A DNA stretch of 57,224 nucleotides, taken from a virus. Taxonomy: Duplodnaviria > Caudoviricetes. Of the stretch, positions 15,702 to 26,382 are shown piece by piece. The first letter of the stretch is position 1; every line of letters begins with the position of its first letter. The position numbers and the translations under genes are program-made. The stretch covers positions 1 to 57,224 of IMG/VR virus record IMGVR_UViG_3300027365_000015; one strand, 5' to 3'. Below the pieces are notes generated by a model. The model saw only the letters and a program-made list of their open reading frames with translations. It made no database searches and had not been told where the DNA came from.

Positions 15702-18700
15702 TCATTCGATCTCGTCATAGCGACGGTTGAAGTCGTCGATCCAGCGCTGCATCTGGTTTTCAACCATCTCGGTCCGGCGGCGCCTGGCCTCATCAGAGAG
15801 CGTCTCGGTCTCCTCGATGCGGTCGCGACGCTTGCGCAGGTCGCTGAGGCGCTTCTCCAGGTCGGTCGCGCGATTGAACAGCCGAAGCTGCTGCTGGTGG
15901 TCTCGCCGGTAGTCGATTCGCTCACGGCCTCGCAGCGAATCCGCTTCATTGGCGATCTGGCCCAGCTCGTCGCGGCGCTCGTAGAAACGCTGCATATCGC
16001 CATATTCGCTGACGTCGCTCATGAAGCGGCCGGCAAACGGCACTCGGTAGCGCTCTACCTCTTCGCCGGTGGCGGTTCGCTTGGCGAAGTCCGCCGACTT
16101 CTCCACGAAGCCCCAGGCGCCGCCACCGTAATAGTTCACCAGGTGCTGCATCACGTCCGGGCTGACGTCGATTGCCCCGCTGATGTTGTCGGTACCGCCG
16201 GTGAACTCGTTGAGGAACCTCGCAAAGCCCTGATAAGCCTCGGGTGTCGAACGGAAAGAGCGGGAGCTATCGGGCGTCGGCGTGCCGAACGGGAAATCCT
16301 CGCGGTAGATCGGGCGCCCCGAGAAACTCTCGTTGACGCCGATCTGCGTAATCGAGCGAAAGATCGTCGGCGTCAGGTTCTTGAGGAACAGCGAGTGCGC
16401 CTCGTCGGAGTCTTCAAAGCCGATGGGCGAGAAGCTGCCGGCCACGGCCAGCACCAGGTTCTTGGCCGCCTCGGTGGCATCCTCGGTGCCGGCGACCACC
16501 GCCTCGGCGTGGGTGCCCACCACCGAGAAGACGTTGTAGCCGTAAGGCAGCGGGATCTTGATGTAGTCGTCGGGCTCGCCGCCCCACAGACTGCTCATGA
16601 AGATCAGGCTGCGCTCCTTCTCGTAATCCGGGATCTTGTCCCAGAACAGAGCGCCGTCTTCATCTTCTTCAGAGGCCCAGCGGTTGAGCATGCCAAGCAT
16701 GAAGGCGCCGGTGGCCATGCCCATTCCCATCTTCTGCGCCAGATTCATGCGCGCCCACACGTTCATCCGGCTCTTTCCCTCGGGGGCGTTCTTCACCGTG
16801 ACCATGGTGCGGGCGAAGTTCATGGTGCCTTGAATGGAAGCGTTGGCGAACATGTAGGCAGCGTTCAGCGCGGTCCCGGCCTCGCCGCGGCGATTGAAGT
16901 TGACCGTCATATTCTTGGCCAGGCTGGCCGCCTTCTTCCGCGAGATGCCGGCGCGCCGGGCGTTGGCGTAGGCGGAGAGGCGCACCGCATTCTCCACGGC
17001 GCCGTTCATGTTCTCCACGAAGTCGGCGGTCTTCTTGCGCGCCTTGAGCATGTGGGAGAGCGTGGTGCCGTCGGCCCGGCGAATCATCGACTGGATCTCC
17101 TTCGCCTGGGCGTTGAGGTCCTTCATATCGAAGTAGCCGGTCTTGGCGCCGTCCTCCTGGAACTCACGGAACCACTGGTCCCACTCGCGGCTGCCGTCGT
17201 TCTTGCCATCCCTGCCGGCCAGGCCGCGCCAGGCGGCGCGCATTGCCGGGCCAATGTCGCGGGCGGTCTGGCGCACGATCGCCTCGCCCTTGATCTTGCC
17301 GTCGTCGCGGGTCTGCTCGGCGCTCAGGTTGAGCAGCGCGGTCTGCACGTCACGGGCGAAGTTGGTCAGCATGAACTCGGGGTTGTAGCTGGTCACCAGT
17401 GACGACATGACGCGCGTGACGGCGCCGGCGGCGCGGACCAGGGTGTTGTTGTTCTCCGGGCCCACGTTGCGCATGGCGTTCATCAGGCGCTCGTCGTGGA
17501 TCTTGAGGTAGTAGGTCCGACCGGCGCGCTTGGCCTTGAAGTAGCGGTCGTTGCCGGCCATATTGACCGGTCGCTCCTGCACCTCGATGCGCACTTGCCC
17601 CGTCTCTGGGTCGGTGACCCGGGTCGGCGTGCGCTGGGTATCGGGGTTGTCGTCGGTGAACACCTCCCACAGCGCCGGGTTCGGGTTGTCGGTCACCAGG
17701 GAGAGCAGCGATTGCGCCACCTCATTCTTGCGCCGGCGGATCAGCGACTCGTTGACGTCCACGATCACCTGGGACGATGGCGAGTCGGCCAGCGACTTAC
17801 GGCCGGCGGCGATGCGCGACTCCCGCCCGCTGACCTCGAAGCCGCGGCCGGTGCGCGGCCGCCCCGGCTCGTCGGCGGCATTGCCCTTGAGCGGCACGTA
17901 GTACTGCCAGGCGGACTCCCAGGCATCCACCACCGCATCATCCTCGAGGCCGCCCTCGCGGATCGCCTCGCGGCGCAGTCGGGTCATGTCGTAGACAAAC
18001 TGGGACAGGCGGTCGTATTCGGCCTGCTTGCCCGAGTTGGCGACCCGCTCGATGATCTCGGCGGCCTGGGTGTTGGTCATGCCGGAGCCGCCATCCTGCA
18101 TCTCAGGGTCGTCCGGGTTGCGCTCGGCGATTGTCGCGTTGCGCTCCGGCGCGTGGCGGGCGTAGAGATAGTCGTCGAGGTCGGCCTGGCTTATCTTGGC
18201 CTTGGCCAGACCTTCTGCCAGCGGCTCGACATACTGCTCCTGCAGCTGACGCAGGTCATACTCCACCTTGCCGTGGAATAGCTCCTCGGCCAGGTAGGCG
18301 TCGGCTTCCTCCTCGATGTCGCGGCCGGTGCGGCGGATCGACTCTTCGAGGATCTTCAGCGGGCGCATCTTGTCGGCCATCTTGCGCAGCGCCGTATCCA
18401 CCAAGGACTCATCCGGCATGGCGAAGCCGGTGCTGTCCGTACTGCTGAACTTGCCGCCGACGGTGCCTGGCTGACTGGCGAGGCTGAAGCGCACCTCGCC
18501 CACGCCGCGGTCGGGCTCGCGGTACATGGCCTCGCTGATCTCGTAGTCCTTGTTGCGGCCCTTGTTCTCCACGAAGCCGAAGCGGCGATAGAACTCGCGC
18601 AGGCGCTTCACGTTGCCACCAAAGTCTCTGGACGGCGTCAACGCCAGGATGCGCCCGGAGGCGTCCGCCCAGTCGGTCAGGCGACGCATCACCGCAGAGC

Positions 18701-21700
18701 CGGTGCCCTGCTCGCGCCCCGGGGCCACGATGCGCGACAACGTCACACGCTGGTCACTCCCTGCCAGGTCGAGCTTGAGGCCGGGAAACTCCTCGCGCAG
18801 CTGGGCGGCCAGATCCTGAGGCGACAATTCAGCCTGCCGCTCGGCGAAGCTGTAGCGGTTTCCGGCATCGCTGTTATCGCGTGTGGCCTGCTGTCGGCGC
18901 AGCCAGCGACGAGCTTGGTCGCCCATGACCAGAATGTCGGCGGTTCGCCACTGGATGCCCGGGAATAGCTTGCGCAGTAGGCGGCGGATCGTGGACTTGA
19001 TGCGCTGGCTCAGCTTAGGCCGGCCGTTGCTGTCCTCGATGTAGTGGGCCACCAGCTCCTCGGCCAGGGTGATCTTGCCCTTGCGGGTGGTCACGTCGAT
19101 GAAGGGGTAGGCCTGCTGAATGTCCTCGATGTTGCGCCGCCCCGGCTCTGAGCGGGTGTGGCTCTGGTAGATCTCCATCATCAACGGCTCGAGCTCTTCG
19201 CCGAGCATTCCGCGAATGCCGTAATGACCCACGCCCTCGTGGACCGCCTTGCGCACGCCGTCAGCCTCGTCGATGAGGTTGTCGGCGACGATCATCGGTG
19301 CACCGGTATCGGGGTTGTAGACGCCGCTGACTCGCCCCCCCTCGACGCCCTGCAGGGCCATGATTAGCTGCACACCGACCGGCAGCTCCGATGCGGACTG
19401 AACCACCTCGACAACCGACAGCTCTGGGTGACCCGCCAGGCGAGCGCGGATCGCTTCGGCGCGCGGCCCTGCTGGTGATTCATCCGCAAAAGCAAACAAA
19501 GGGTCCTGACCGCGAGCGGTGGCCTGGTCGGCAGGAAGATCACTGCCGGCCAGTGCAAAGTCGTCGGCCTCACGGTCGGCGGCGGCGCGCTGCTCCTGCT
19601 CGCGCAGCTGGGTGGACTCGGCCTGTTGCGCCTGCTGGGTGGCCTGCTCACGCCTGGCAAGATCCTGCTCGGTGTAAGACTCGAGGAGCGGAGATTCGGC
19701 TACGTCCTGGGTTTCTTCAGCCCCTTCGGCAGGATCAGCTTCTCGCCGCTGGGCAGGCTCTCGTTCGCCTTCGCTAGAGCGTCCTGAAACATCGGTCTCA
19801 GGTGCTCGTTGCTCTTCTGGGTCTGCTGGGTTTTGTCTGAATCCTTCACGTATCGCGTCCTCGCTGGTGGTGCTGTCTTCGAATAGCGCGCCATTTCGGG
19901 CGGTCTCGGCGCGCCGCCGCGCATCCTGAGCCACGAAGCCAAGCGCTGCCTCTAGGCTGGCACGCGATCGCATATTGGTGTTGATCAGGATAGCCAGTTC
20001 GGCGGTGAGTTCCGATACCGGCTCGCTGAAGGCATCGGCCTGACCGATCAGCTCGCGAATAGGTGCCCCGCCGCGGCGCGAGGCGCGAACCAGGCGCACC
20101 GCCTCATTGATGGTGCTGATGATGTCGAGTGCTTCCTGATTGCCGGTCTCGCGCGCCATGGCAAGATCCGGGGCCGCGGCCTGCAGGGCGCCGGCCAGGT
20201 TTCGCATCTGGTCGCCTTGCTCGGTGACCAGCTCCACCATATCCGGCTCGGCATAGGCCTTGGCGAACAAGGCACGGCTCATGCGCTGCCCCAGCTCCGG
20301 GGCGGCCTGTCCCTGTCGGGTGGTGTAGCGCGCTGCCTCGTTGTTACCCAGTCGGCCCACGAAGGAGCGCTGGAAGTCGCGATTGCTGGCTGCTAGCGGG
20401 TCGCCGCTCTGGTCCGGGTTCCAGGCCTGGAGTTCATCAGCGGTAAGTGTGTCGGCATCAGCCATGGCCTGCTCGTAGCCGGTCATGCCGGCCACCTGGC
20501 TCTCGTTGGAACGGCGGGCAAACTCGGCGCGATCAATCTTGCTGGCTCGCTCTCGTACCAGCACTGGGCGGCGCATGCCTTCGATGTCAGCCTCGATACC
20601 ACGCTCCTGGGCCTGGCGGCGAACGAAATCGCGGTACGCCTGGGCGTGCTCGCCGCCCTCACGGTAGGCGGTGGCGATGGCCATGGTGCGCCCATTGCCA
20701 GACTCCACCACGCCATCCTTGCCGATGATCGGGGCTCCGGTACCGGCATCGGGGCTGCTGCCGAGGCGCTCGGGATTTAGCCGCGCGGCGATATTGCGCA
20801 CCTGCACCTGGCTGTTGGCGTTAGTGCGATCGCGCGGCTGCAGTTCGGTGGGGAATTGTGGATTGACCTGTCCGTCGGAGCGGTTGGATGGGGTGAGGTC
20901 GGCCAGGTCCACCACGCGGAAACGGGTTTCCACCGGGGTGTTGTCCGGCAGGTAGGCGGTTTCGCGCTGGGCCTGTGGCACGACCTCGGCTGCGCTCTGT
21001 TCTTGCTCCTGCGGCCCCACCTCTTCGGGGGAGTTCGCCGGCTCCGTAGCCCCGCTGGCGGCCTGCTGACCCATCGCGAACGGCGCGCGGGTATTGCCCT
21101 CTCGAACCCACTGACGAAAGTCGTCAATCGAGGTCTCGGCGATGTCGCCCAGCCCTTGCCAGTTCTCGTCATAGCTGGACAGGTACGCCTGCCGGGCCTC
21201 CTCGAGAGAGTCATACCCCATCAGGGTCTTGGTCTCGTCGAAGCTGCCCTCTTCGTTCACCTGGTCCACGACGAACACGCGAGACGAGGCTGGGTTGTCG
21301 CCCACAAAGACATCGAGGTTGTCACCGTCGGCACCCTCGGTGCCCTTCAGATCACCGTAATGGCCACCCATGCGATTGGCCCACTCAGTGCCGTCCGGGG
21401 CGGTGCCACGGCGTGTCGATCCCTTGGGATTCTCGATAGCGATCTCGAAGCCGTTGAGCCGAACCTTGCCCTTTCGGTAGTTGCCGGCCTCGGCCTGTGC
21501 GGGGGTTGGCTCGGTGTCGGTCTCGGCAGCGGCTCGCTCGACATCGCCCGGGGAGGGAGGAGTTTCCGACATCGCCGCGCCCTGCTCTTCCCAAGCCTGA
21601 TCCACTTCGGCAGCGGTGTAGTTGGCGTTGCGGTAAGCCATCGGGTCGGGATCGGCATCTGGGCCCTGCTCTACGGCCGCCCGCTCGTTGATTCGCCCAA

Positions 21701-23207
21701 CGGCATCGGAGAATCGCTGGGATGCAGCGCCCAGCCGCTGGCGGACCTGTTCAATGGATTCTTCGTCGCCGCGGCTGCGGGCTAGCGTCTCTTCCTCCAG
21801 CGCGGAAGACACCTCCTCGCTGACGGCATCCAGATCGGCCACGGCTTCGGTATCACCCTGCTCCTCGGCAGCGGCTCGCAGCGCCTTGAACGCATCGCCA
21901 TAAGTGATCGAGTCGCGCGCCTCACGCTCTGCGGACGACAGCTCGAAGCGCGGCCGCCGGATGAGGTCGGATGCCGCACCGACGGCTTCCTCGTTGGCCT
22001 GCAGGGCTTCTGGCGATGGCGCCTGGTTCGTATCGCTGGATTGCGATGATTTGGCCTGTGTGCTCCCGCTGCGGTTGCCAGCCGCCTCGGCGGTCGCTGT
22101 GCCCAAGCGCACGGCACCGCCGGTCGGGCCGCCAATGATGGCGCCGCCGGCAGCGCGCCGGCCAGCCGTTACCGGGTCCCAGCCCTGCTCGGTACCGACC
22201 GACTCGCCGGCATACTCGATACCGCCTTCCTGGATCGCTTCGGTGGTGGCCTCGGTGACGCCCGCGCGGCCTACGGCGCCAGGGATCTGGCTGGCCCGGG
22301 AAACGGCATTTTTGCCACCCGGGAGGATCCTGCCCAGCGCGAACCGATCCAGCAGCACGGAAGCCGCGGCGGTCGGCCCGGCAACGGCGTAATCGCGCCC
22401 TTCGGGCATGCCCTCGCGACCATCATTCCCGACGCGGGCTTCGCCGATCTCTTGCGTACGGGACGCCAGGTAGGCAGGCAGGTTGATCACCAGCCCGGCC
22501 ATGTCGGCCAGGGCGGCGGGACCCTGCTCGGCGGCGGCACCGGCGAGCGTCTCGATGCTGGGTTCGTCGAGTGCGCGATCGATGGTGTAGTTCGGCTGGT
22601 ACCCGAGCCCCACATCCTCCACAGCCTGGCCGGCAGCAGTCAGTCCGGTGTCGGTGTCCTCCGGCTTTGCGCGAGCTGTGAAGTCCAGCCCGTAGCCGCC
22701 CAGCTCGAGATCGGGCTCGTAGCCACGCGCGCGCATCGCCTCGGATTCGCCCCCGATCACCCCGGGATTAAAGCCACCCAGGTGGTCGGAGATCATCTTC
22801 TCGCCCATCTCGGCCATGTTGCCGATGAACTGCGCGGCATTGCCGGCCAGGTCGAGGCCGCGCTCACCTGCATTGCGCAGCGCATTGCTCGCCAGCCCCG
22901 GCGGCTCTGCCTCGGATTGAGCCCCCGGTATCGCCAGGCCGGTTTCATCCTGAGGCGAGCTCTGCATGGCAAAGCCGCCGCCAGTGTCACTTCCGCCGCG
23001 ATCGCCGAATACATCTGCCTCGGTCTGGGTGAAAAACTTGCCCTGCACTTCATCGAGCAGATCGGCGGGGACGTTGGGCTCCACGACACGACGGAAGAAC
23101 TCGCCGCGAACCGCTTGGCGGGTCTGCCAATCAGCGGACTGGAAGTCCTCGTCGCTGGAAATATCTGACCACTTGGGGGTGCTGTTGCGCTGGCTGGCGG
23201 CGTTCAC
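15702..23207 (-). CDS. Large polyvalent virion/ejected protein (InPase-like, DdrB-ParB-like, zincin MPTase, GNAT, LPD38-like)
   Basis: AGNYRKG..IENPKGS.R..HYG...GADGD..DVFVG; LQPRDR...GAPI..DGVVESGNGR; HEGVGH; GTGS...FYRRFGF; VNFNR.G...KIPLPYG. Confidence 0.85.
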   Translation of the reverse strand: MNAASQRNSTPKWSDISSDEDFQSADWQTRQAVRGEFFRRVVEPNVPADLLDEVQGKFFTQTEADVFGDRGGSDTGGGFAMQSSPQDETGLAIPGAQSEAEPPGLASNALRNAGERGLDLAGNAAQFIGNMAEMGEKMISDHLGGFNPGVIGGESEAMRARGYEPDLELGGYGLDFTARAKPEDTDTGLTAAGQAVEDVGLGYQPNYTIDRALDEPSIETLAGAAAEQGPAALADMAGLVINLPAYLASRTQEIGEARVGNDGREGMPEGRDYAVAGPTAAASVLLDRFALGRILPGGKNAVSRASQIPGAVGRAGVTEATTEAIQEGGIEYAGESVGTEQGWDPVTAGRRAAGGAIIGGPTGGAVRLGTATAEAAGNRSGSTQAKSSQSSDTNQAPSPEALQANEEAVGAASDLIRRPRFELSSAEREARDSITYGDAFKALRAAAEEQGDTEAVADLDAVSEEVSSALEEETLARSRGDEESIEQVRQRLGAASQRFSDAVGRINERAAVEQGPDADPDPMAYRNANYTAAEVDQAWEEQGAAMSETPPSPGDVERAAAETDTEPTPAQAEAGNYRKGKVRLNGFEIAIENPKGSTRRGTAPDGTEWANRMGGHYGDLKGTEGADGDNLDVFVGDNPASSRVFVVDQVNEEGSFDETKTLMGYDSLEEARQAYLSSYDENWQGLGDIAETSIDDFRQWVREGNTRAPFAMGQQAASGATEPANSPEEVGPQEQEQSAAEVVPQAQRETAYLPDNTPVETRFRVVDLADLTPSNRSDGQVNPQFPTELQPRDRTNANSQVQVRNIAARLNPERLGSSPDAGTGAPIIGKDGVVESGNGRTMAIATAYREGGEHAQAYRDFVRRQAQERGIEADIEGMRRPVLVRERASKIDRAEFARRSNESQVAGMTGYEQAMADADTLTADELQAWNPDQSGDPLAASNRDFQRSFVGRLGNNEAARYTTRQGQAAPELGQRMSRALFAKAYAEPDMVELVTEQGDQMRNLAGALQAAAPDLAMARETGNQEALDIISTINEAVRLVRASRRGGAPIRELIGQADAFSEPVSELTAELAILINTNMRSRASLEAALGFVAQDARRRAETARNGALFEDSTTSEDAIREGFRQNPADPEEQRAPETDVSGRSSEGEREPAQRREADPAEGAEETQDVAESPLLESYTEQDLARREQATQQAQQAESTQLREQEQRAAADREADDFALAGSDLPADQATARGQDPLFAFADESPAGPRAEAIRARLAGHPELSVVEVVQSASELPVGVQLIMALQGVEGGRVSGVYNPDTGAPMIVADNLIDEADGVRKAVHEGVGHYGIRGMLGEELEPLMMEIYQSHTRSEPGRRNIEDIQQAYPFIDVTTRKGKITLAEELVAHYIEDSNGRPKLSQRIKSTIRRLLRKLFPGIQWRTADILVMGDQARRWLRRQQATRDNSDAGNRYSFAERQAELSPQDLAAQLREEFPGLKLDLAGSDQRVTLSRIVAPGREQGTGSAVMRRLTDWADASGRILALTPSRDFGGNVKRLREFYRRFGFVENKGRNKDYEISEAMYREPDRGVGEVRFSLASQPGTVGGKFSSTDSTGFAMPDESLVDTALRKMADKMRPLKILEESIRRTGRDIEEEADAYLAEELFHGKVEYDLRQLQEQYVEPLAEGLAKAKISQADLDDYLYARHAPERNATIAERNPDDPEMQDGGSGMTNTQAAEIIERVANSGKQAEYDRLSQFVYDMTRLRREAIREGGLEDDAVVDAWESAWQYYVPLKGNAADEPGRPRTGRGFEVSGRESRIAAGRKSLADSPSSQVIVDVNESLIRRRKNEVAQSLLSLVTDNPNPALWEVFTDDNPDTQRTPTRVTDPETGQVRIEVQERPVNMAGNDRYFKAKRAGRTYYLKIHDERLMNAMRNVGPENNNTLVRAAGAVTRVMSSLVTSYNPEFMLTNFARDVQTALLNLSAEQTRDDGKIKGEAIVRQTARDIGPAMRAAWRGLAGRDGKNDGSREWDQWFREFQEDGAKTGYFDMKDLNAQAKEIQSMIRRADGTTLSHMLKARKKTADFVENMNGAVENAVRLSAYANARRAGISRKKAASLAKNMTVNFNRRGEAGTALNAAYMFANASIQGTMNFARTMVTVKNAPEGKSRMNVWARMNLAQKMGMGMATGAFMLGMLNRWASEEDEDGALFWDKIPDYEKERSLIFMSSLWGGEPDDYIKIPLPYGYNVFSVVGTHAEAVVAGTEDATEAAKNLVLAVAGSFSPIGFEDSDEAHSLFLKNLTPTIFRSITQIGVNESFSGRPIYREDFPFGTPTPDSSRSFRSTPEAYQGFARFLNEFTGGTDNISGAIDVSPDVMQHLVNYYGGGAWGFVEKSADFAKRTATGEEVERYRVPFAGRFMSDVSEYGDMQRFYERRDELGQIANEADSLRGRERIDYRRDHQQQLRLFNRATDLEKRLSDLRKRRDRIEETETLSDEARRRRTEMVENQMQRWIDDFNRRYDEIE

Positions 23208-23225
23208 ACGCGGCTCCTTGGCGGA

Positions 23226-24545
23226 CTAGAGGTACTTGTTGAGGATGTCGTCGGCGCTCACGGGGCCGCTCTGGCTCGGCTTCTTGGGCTCAGGGCCGGG
23301 GCGCTGGCCACGCTCAGTCTGGGTCGCTTGCCGGGGCGCTTCCGCTTTAGGGCTAGGCCGCGCCTCCTGGTCGGACGGCGCTGGGCTCGAGCCGCCAGGG
23401 GACCGAATGCCGTAGGTGCGATTTTCTTCCTTGCGGATCTCTTGCTGGAGGAATCGCAGCTCCTCCCGGGCGGCTTCGATTTCGGCATCGCTGGGAATAA
23501 TGGCCCCCTCGCCCATAATCACCTCCTCAAGGCTTTCGGCGCGGGTGCGCAGGGCGTCGATGCGGTCCTCGGAGCGCGAGTAGCTGTTATCGCGCCCGTT
23601 CTCGCGGAGCATACGCCAGGCGGTCTCACGGTCTGGAGCCAGACCGTTCTCCACCATGTACTCAATGTCCTTCTGCGTTGCCGTGGGGCGGTTCCAGTAG
23701 TTGCTCGACCCGGAGCGATCATAGGGGCTTCCAGCCCCGGGACGCACTGGCTTCACCTCGCCGGTCTGGCGGTTCACCTGGATCATGCCCAGCCGCGGAT
23801 GCTCCTCAAGATCCCAGCTCTCGGCGCTGTCGCCGCGCAGCAGGCCGAGCACCTGGCTGGCCCGCTGCTGAGCCTCGGGGCTCTGGAAGACGTTACGCAG
23901 CATGCGCATGCCCTGGGTCTGCTCGACGAGACGCTCCACCGGCACCGACATCACCAGGTCGTCGTCCTCGCGGTTGCTGCGCCCTTGCGTCATGGGGGCG
24001 TTGTAGCGGCTACCGTCCTCGCCGACCACCTCCAGCTCGAGCATCACGCTCTCGCCGTCCGGCCCCGGCACCATGCCGACCACACGCTTCTGGCCACCCT
24101 CGCCGCGATTGATCTCGGCGCCGAACATCTGGTTGAGCGCCGCCAGGCTCTCGGGGTCGTTGGCGTCCACCGGGCTCTGGGGGTCGATCACCTGCTGGGC
24201 CTGCTCGATGGAGGCGTCGGTGTCGGGGTCCAGCGCCGCCCAGTACTTGGGGTACTGGCGCAGCAGCTCGATCTCGCTCTCGTCCACCTCCATGCCGGAG
24301 CCGATCTTTCCCAGGGTGAACTGCAGCGCCTCCATGTCCTGGGCGCGCTGGGCTTCCTGCTGCTGGGCGTCGTACTGCTCGCGCTGCATATCCATGCGCT
24401 CGCGCTGCATGCCCATCCGCTCCTGCTGCATCTCCATCTGCTGGTCGGCGCGCTCGTCGGCGCGCTGGCCACGCTGATAGCGGTCCATCAGCCCGAAGCC
24501 CTGAGCGAAGCCGTCGGCCAGGCCGCGTGTGTCGAGTCCTGCCAT
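23226..24545 (-). CDS. Putative DNA-ejection/internal virion protein
   Basis: G-F..GF N-terminus, Q/E/R-rich helix, gene position. Confidence 0.6.
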   Translation of the reverse strand: MAGLDTRGLADGFAQGFGLMDRYQRGQRADERADQQMEMQQERMGMQRERMDMQREQYDAQQQEAQRAQDMEALQFTLGKIGSGMEVDESEIELLRQYPKYWAALDPDTDASIEQAQQVIDPQSPVDANDPESLAALNQMFGAEINRGEGGQKRVVGMVPGPDGESVMLELEVVGEDGSRYNAPMTQGRSNREDDDLVMSVPVERLVEQTQGMRMLRNVFQSPEAQQRASQVLGLLRGDSAESWDLEEHPRLGMIQVNRQTGEVKPVRPGAGSPYDRSGSSNYWNRPTATQKDIEYMVENGLAPDRETAWRMLRENGRDNSYSRSEDRIDALRTRAESLEEVIMGEGAIIPSDAEIEAAREELRFLQQEIRKEENRTYGIRSPGGSSPAPSDQEARPSPKAEAPRQATQTERGQRPGPEPKKPSQSGPVSADDILNKYL

Positions 24546-24554
24546 GGTGATCTC

Positions 24555-24794
24555 CTAGAACAGTTCGCCAGCCAGCAGGCCAACGCCCGCCCCAATCGCG
24601 GCGCCCACCGGGCCACCCGCCATCATGCCGACACTCGCGCCCATGCCCACGGCGCCCGTCTTCTGCTGCTTCTCGGCCTGCTCCATCTGCTCTTCCTGCA
24701 TATTGGCCTGGCGCTGCTGGCCGGCCAGATCAGAGAGCCCTTGCATGGCCTCGCCTTCCATCTGCTGGCGAAGCCCGATCAGTCCGTAGCTCAT
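24555..24794 (-). CDS. Glycine-zipper small ejection protein
   Basis: GPVGAAIGAGVGLLAG. Confidence 0.65.
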   Translation of the reverse strand: MSYGLIGLRQQMEGEAMQGLSDLAGQQRQANMQEEQMEQAEKQQKTGAVGMGASVGMMAGGPVGAAIGAGVGLLAGELF

Positions 24795-25264
24795 TGGTTC
24801 AGTGCCTGGTCAGGGATGTTGGAGAGACCCATGCCGCCGGCGAGGATGGCCTGCTGGCGGTCGAGGGCGGAGATGCGCGCCTGGTTGCCGGCGCTGACCT
24901 GCGAGGCCTGGCGCTGCAAGCTGGTGCGGCGCTGCTCGGCCTCGGCCTGGGCGCCGGTCTGCTGGATGCCGAAGGCCTCGCGGTCCTGCTCGAGGGCCTG
25001 CTGGTTGGCATCGAAGGCCAGGCCCATGGCACCGCTGGCGTTGGCGGCAGCCGTGGACGGCGCCCCCTCGTCCTGGGCGATGTCGGACAGGGTGTCGATG
25101 TAGGGCGCGAAGCGCGCCTTCCAGTCGTTCCACTGGGCGCGATTGATCTTGCCCAGCAGCTCGGAGGCGCCCTGGTCGCCACGGAAGGCCTGGCCGGGAT
25201 CGACGCTGAGGCCGGCGGTCTGGCTCTGGGGGATGTCGAGATTGGAAAACAGGCTCTGGAACAT
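24791..25264 (-). CDS. Putative ejection protein
   Basis: A/Q-rich helical sequence; gene position. Confidence 0.55.
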   Translation of the reverse strand: MFQSLFSNLDIPQSQTAGLSVDPGQAFRGDQGASELLGKINRAQWNDWKARFAPYIDTLSDIAQDEGAPSTAAANASGAMGLAFDANQQALEQDREAFGIQQTGAQAEAEQRRTSLQRQASQVSAGNQARISALDRQQAILAGGMGLSNIPDQALNQ

Positions 25265-25273
25265 GGGGCCTCC

Positions 25274-25921
25274 CTAGGAATTCCACAGCTGGTTGGAGGT
25301 GTCGATGGCGGTCTGGTTGACGCCACCCTCCATGCCGAGGCCTGGCGTGCTGCCGCCCCAGTTGTCGAGCCCGTAGGCGGTGCCGGCGCCGGCCACCTGG
25401 CCGAGCAGCTGCAGGTTGGCACTGCGCCGGTTGAACTGGGTGGCGGCCGACTGGCGGGCATCGGCCGCCGACTGGTCGGCGAGCCCGGCGAGCCCCGCCT
25501 GAGCCTGCCCGGACTGCCCCTGGCCGATAGCCACGATGTTCTGCAGCCCCTGGACCTGCTGGTTCTCCTGCTCGAACTGGGCGCGCCCCAGGGTCTCGCC
25601 GCCGGCCTGGGCGGTATCGAGCGCCAGGCCGCTCATGGCGCCCTGATAGCGCCCGCTGGAGGGGTCGATGCCGCCCTGCTGGAGCTGCTGGCCCGCCTGG
25701 TCGGCGAGCTCGCTGCCGGCCTGTTGCTGGGCCTGCATGGTCCGGCCGCGGATGTAGCTCATCTTGCCGGCGTCAGTCATGTTGCCGACCGACTCCATAT
25801 AGGCGTCCTCGAGCGGGGCCAGGCGCTCCTGGGCAAAGTTCCACTTCTCCGCCGCCACGGCCGCCAGTTGGCGCTGCTCGGGGGTATCCTTGATCTCGTT
25901 GTCGCCGCCTCCACCGCTCAT
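25274..25921 (-). CDS. Putative ejection protein
   Basis: MSGGGG start, A/Q/G-rich. Confidence 0.6.
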   Translation of the reverse strand: MSGGGGDNEIKDTPEQRQLAAVAAEKWNFAQERLAPLEDAYMESVGNMTDAGKMSYIRGRTMQAQQQAGSELADQAGQQLQQGGIDPSSGRYQGAMSGLALDTAQAGGETLGRAQFEQENQQVQGLQNIVAIGQGQSGQAQAGLAGLADQSAADARQSAATQFNRRSANLQLLGQVAGAGTAYGLDNWGGSTPGLGMEGGVNQTAIDTSNQLWNS

Positions 25922-26382
25922 TGGCCGCCTCCTTCAAGCTCGGTCAGGTAGTCGTCGAGGCCGTCCTCGTGGAAGTGCTGGCGAATCGCCACGCTCACCT
26001 GGTTCATCCAGCTCTCGCCGCCCACCAGGTAGGCGCACTGGATCACCAGGCTGGTCAGCTGGTCGCGCAGCACGAAGGCCAGCGTCCGATGGTGCCGGTC
26101 GTCGGAGCGCTCGAGGGACACGCTGTCGCGCCAGTCCTGCAGGGCGCCGGCCATCAGCGGCCGGAGGTAGAGCTCGTGCTGGCGATAGAAGGGGTTGGCC
26201 GGCAACTCGATCAGCGCCTGCCAGAAGGCGGACATGATGGCGTCATCGCTGACCGGGCGGTCGCGATCGATCAGGTCGTCGAGGGTCTGGGAGATGCGAA
26301 ACAGGGTCTCGCAAAAAGCCACGGCGGCCGGATGATTCGGCAGCACGCGACACAGGAAGGCGTGTTCGTCTTGACGGGGCAT
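25918..26382 (-). CDS. Helical protein with a DDxxD motif (isoprenoid-synthase-like?)
   Basis: SQTLDDLIDRD; LP.NPFY motif. Confidence 0.55.
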   Translation of the reverse strand: MPRQDEHAFLCRVLPNHPAAVAFCETLFRISQTLDDLIDRDRPVSDDAIMSAFWQALIELPANPFYRQHELYLRPLMAGALQDWRDSVSLERSDDRHHRTLAFVLRDQLTSLVIQCAYLVGGESWMNQVSVAIRQHFHEDGLDDYLTELEGGGQ

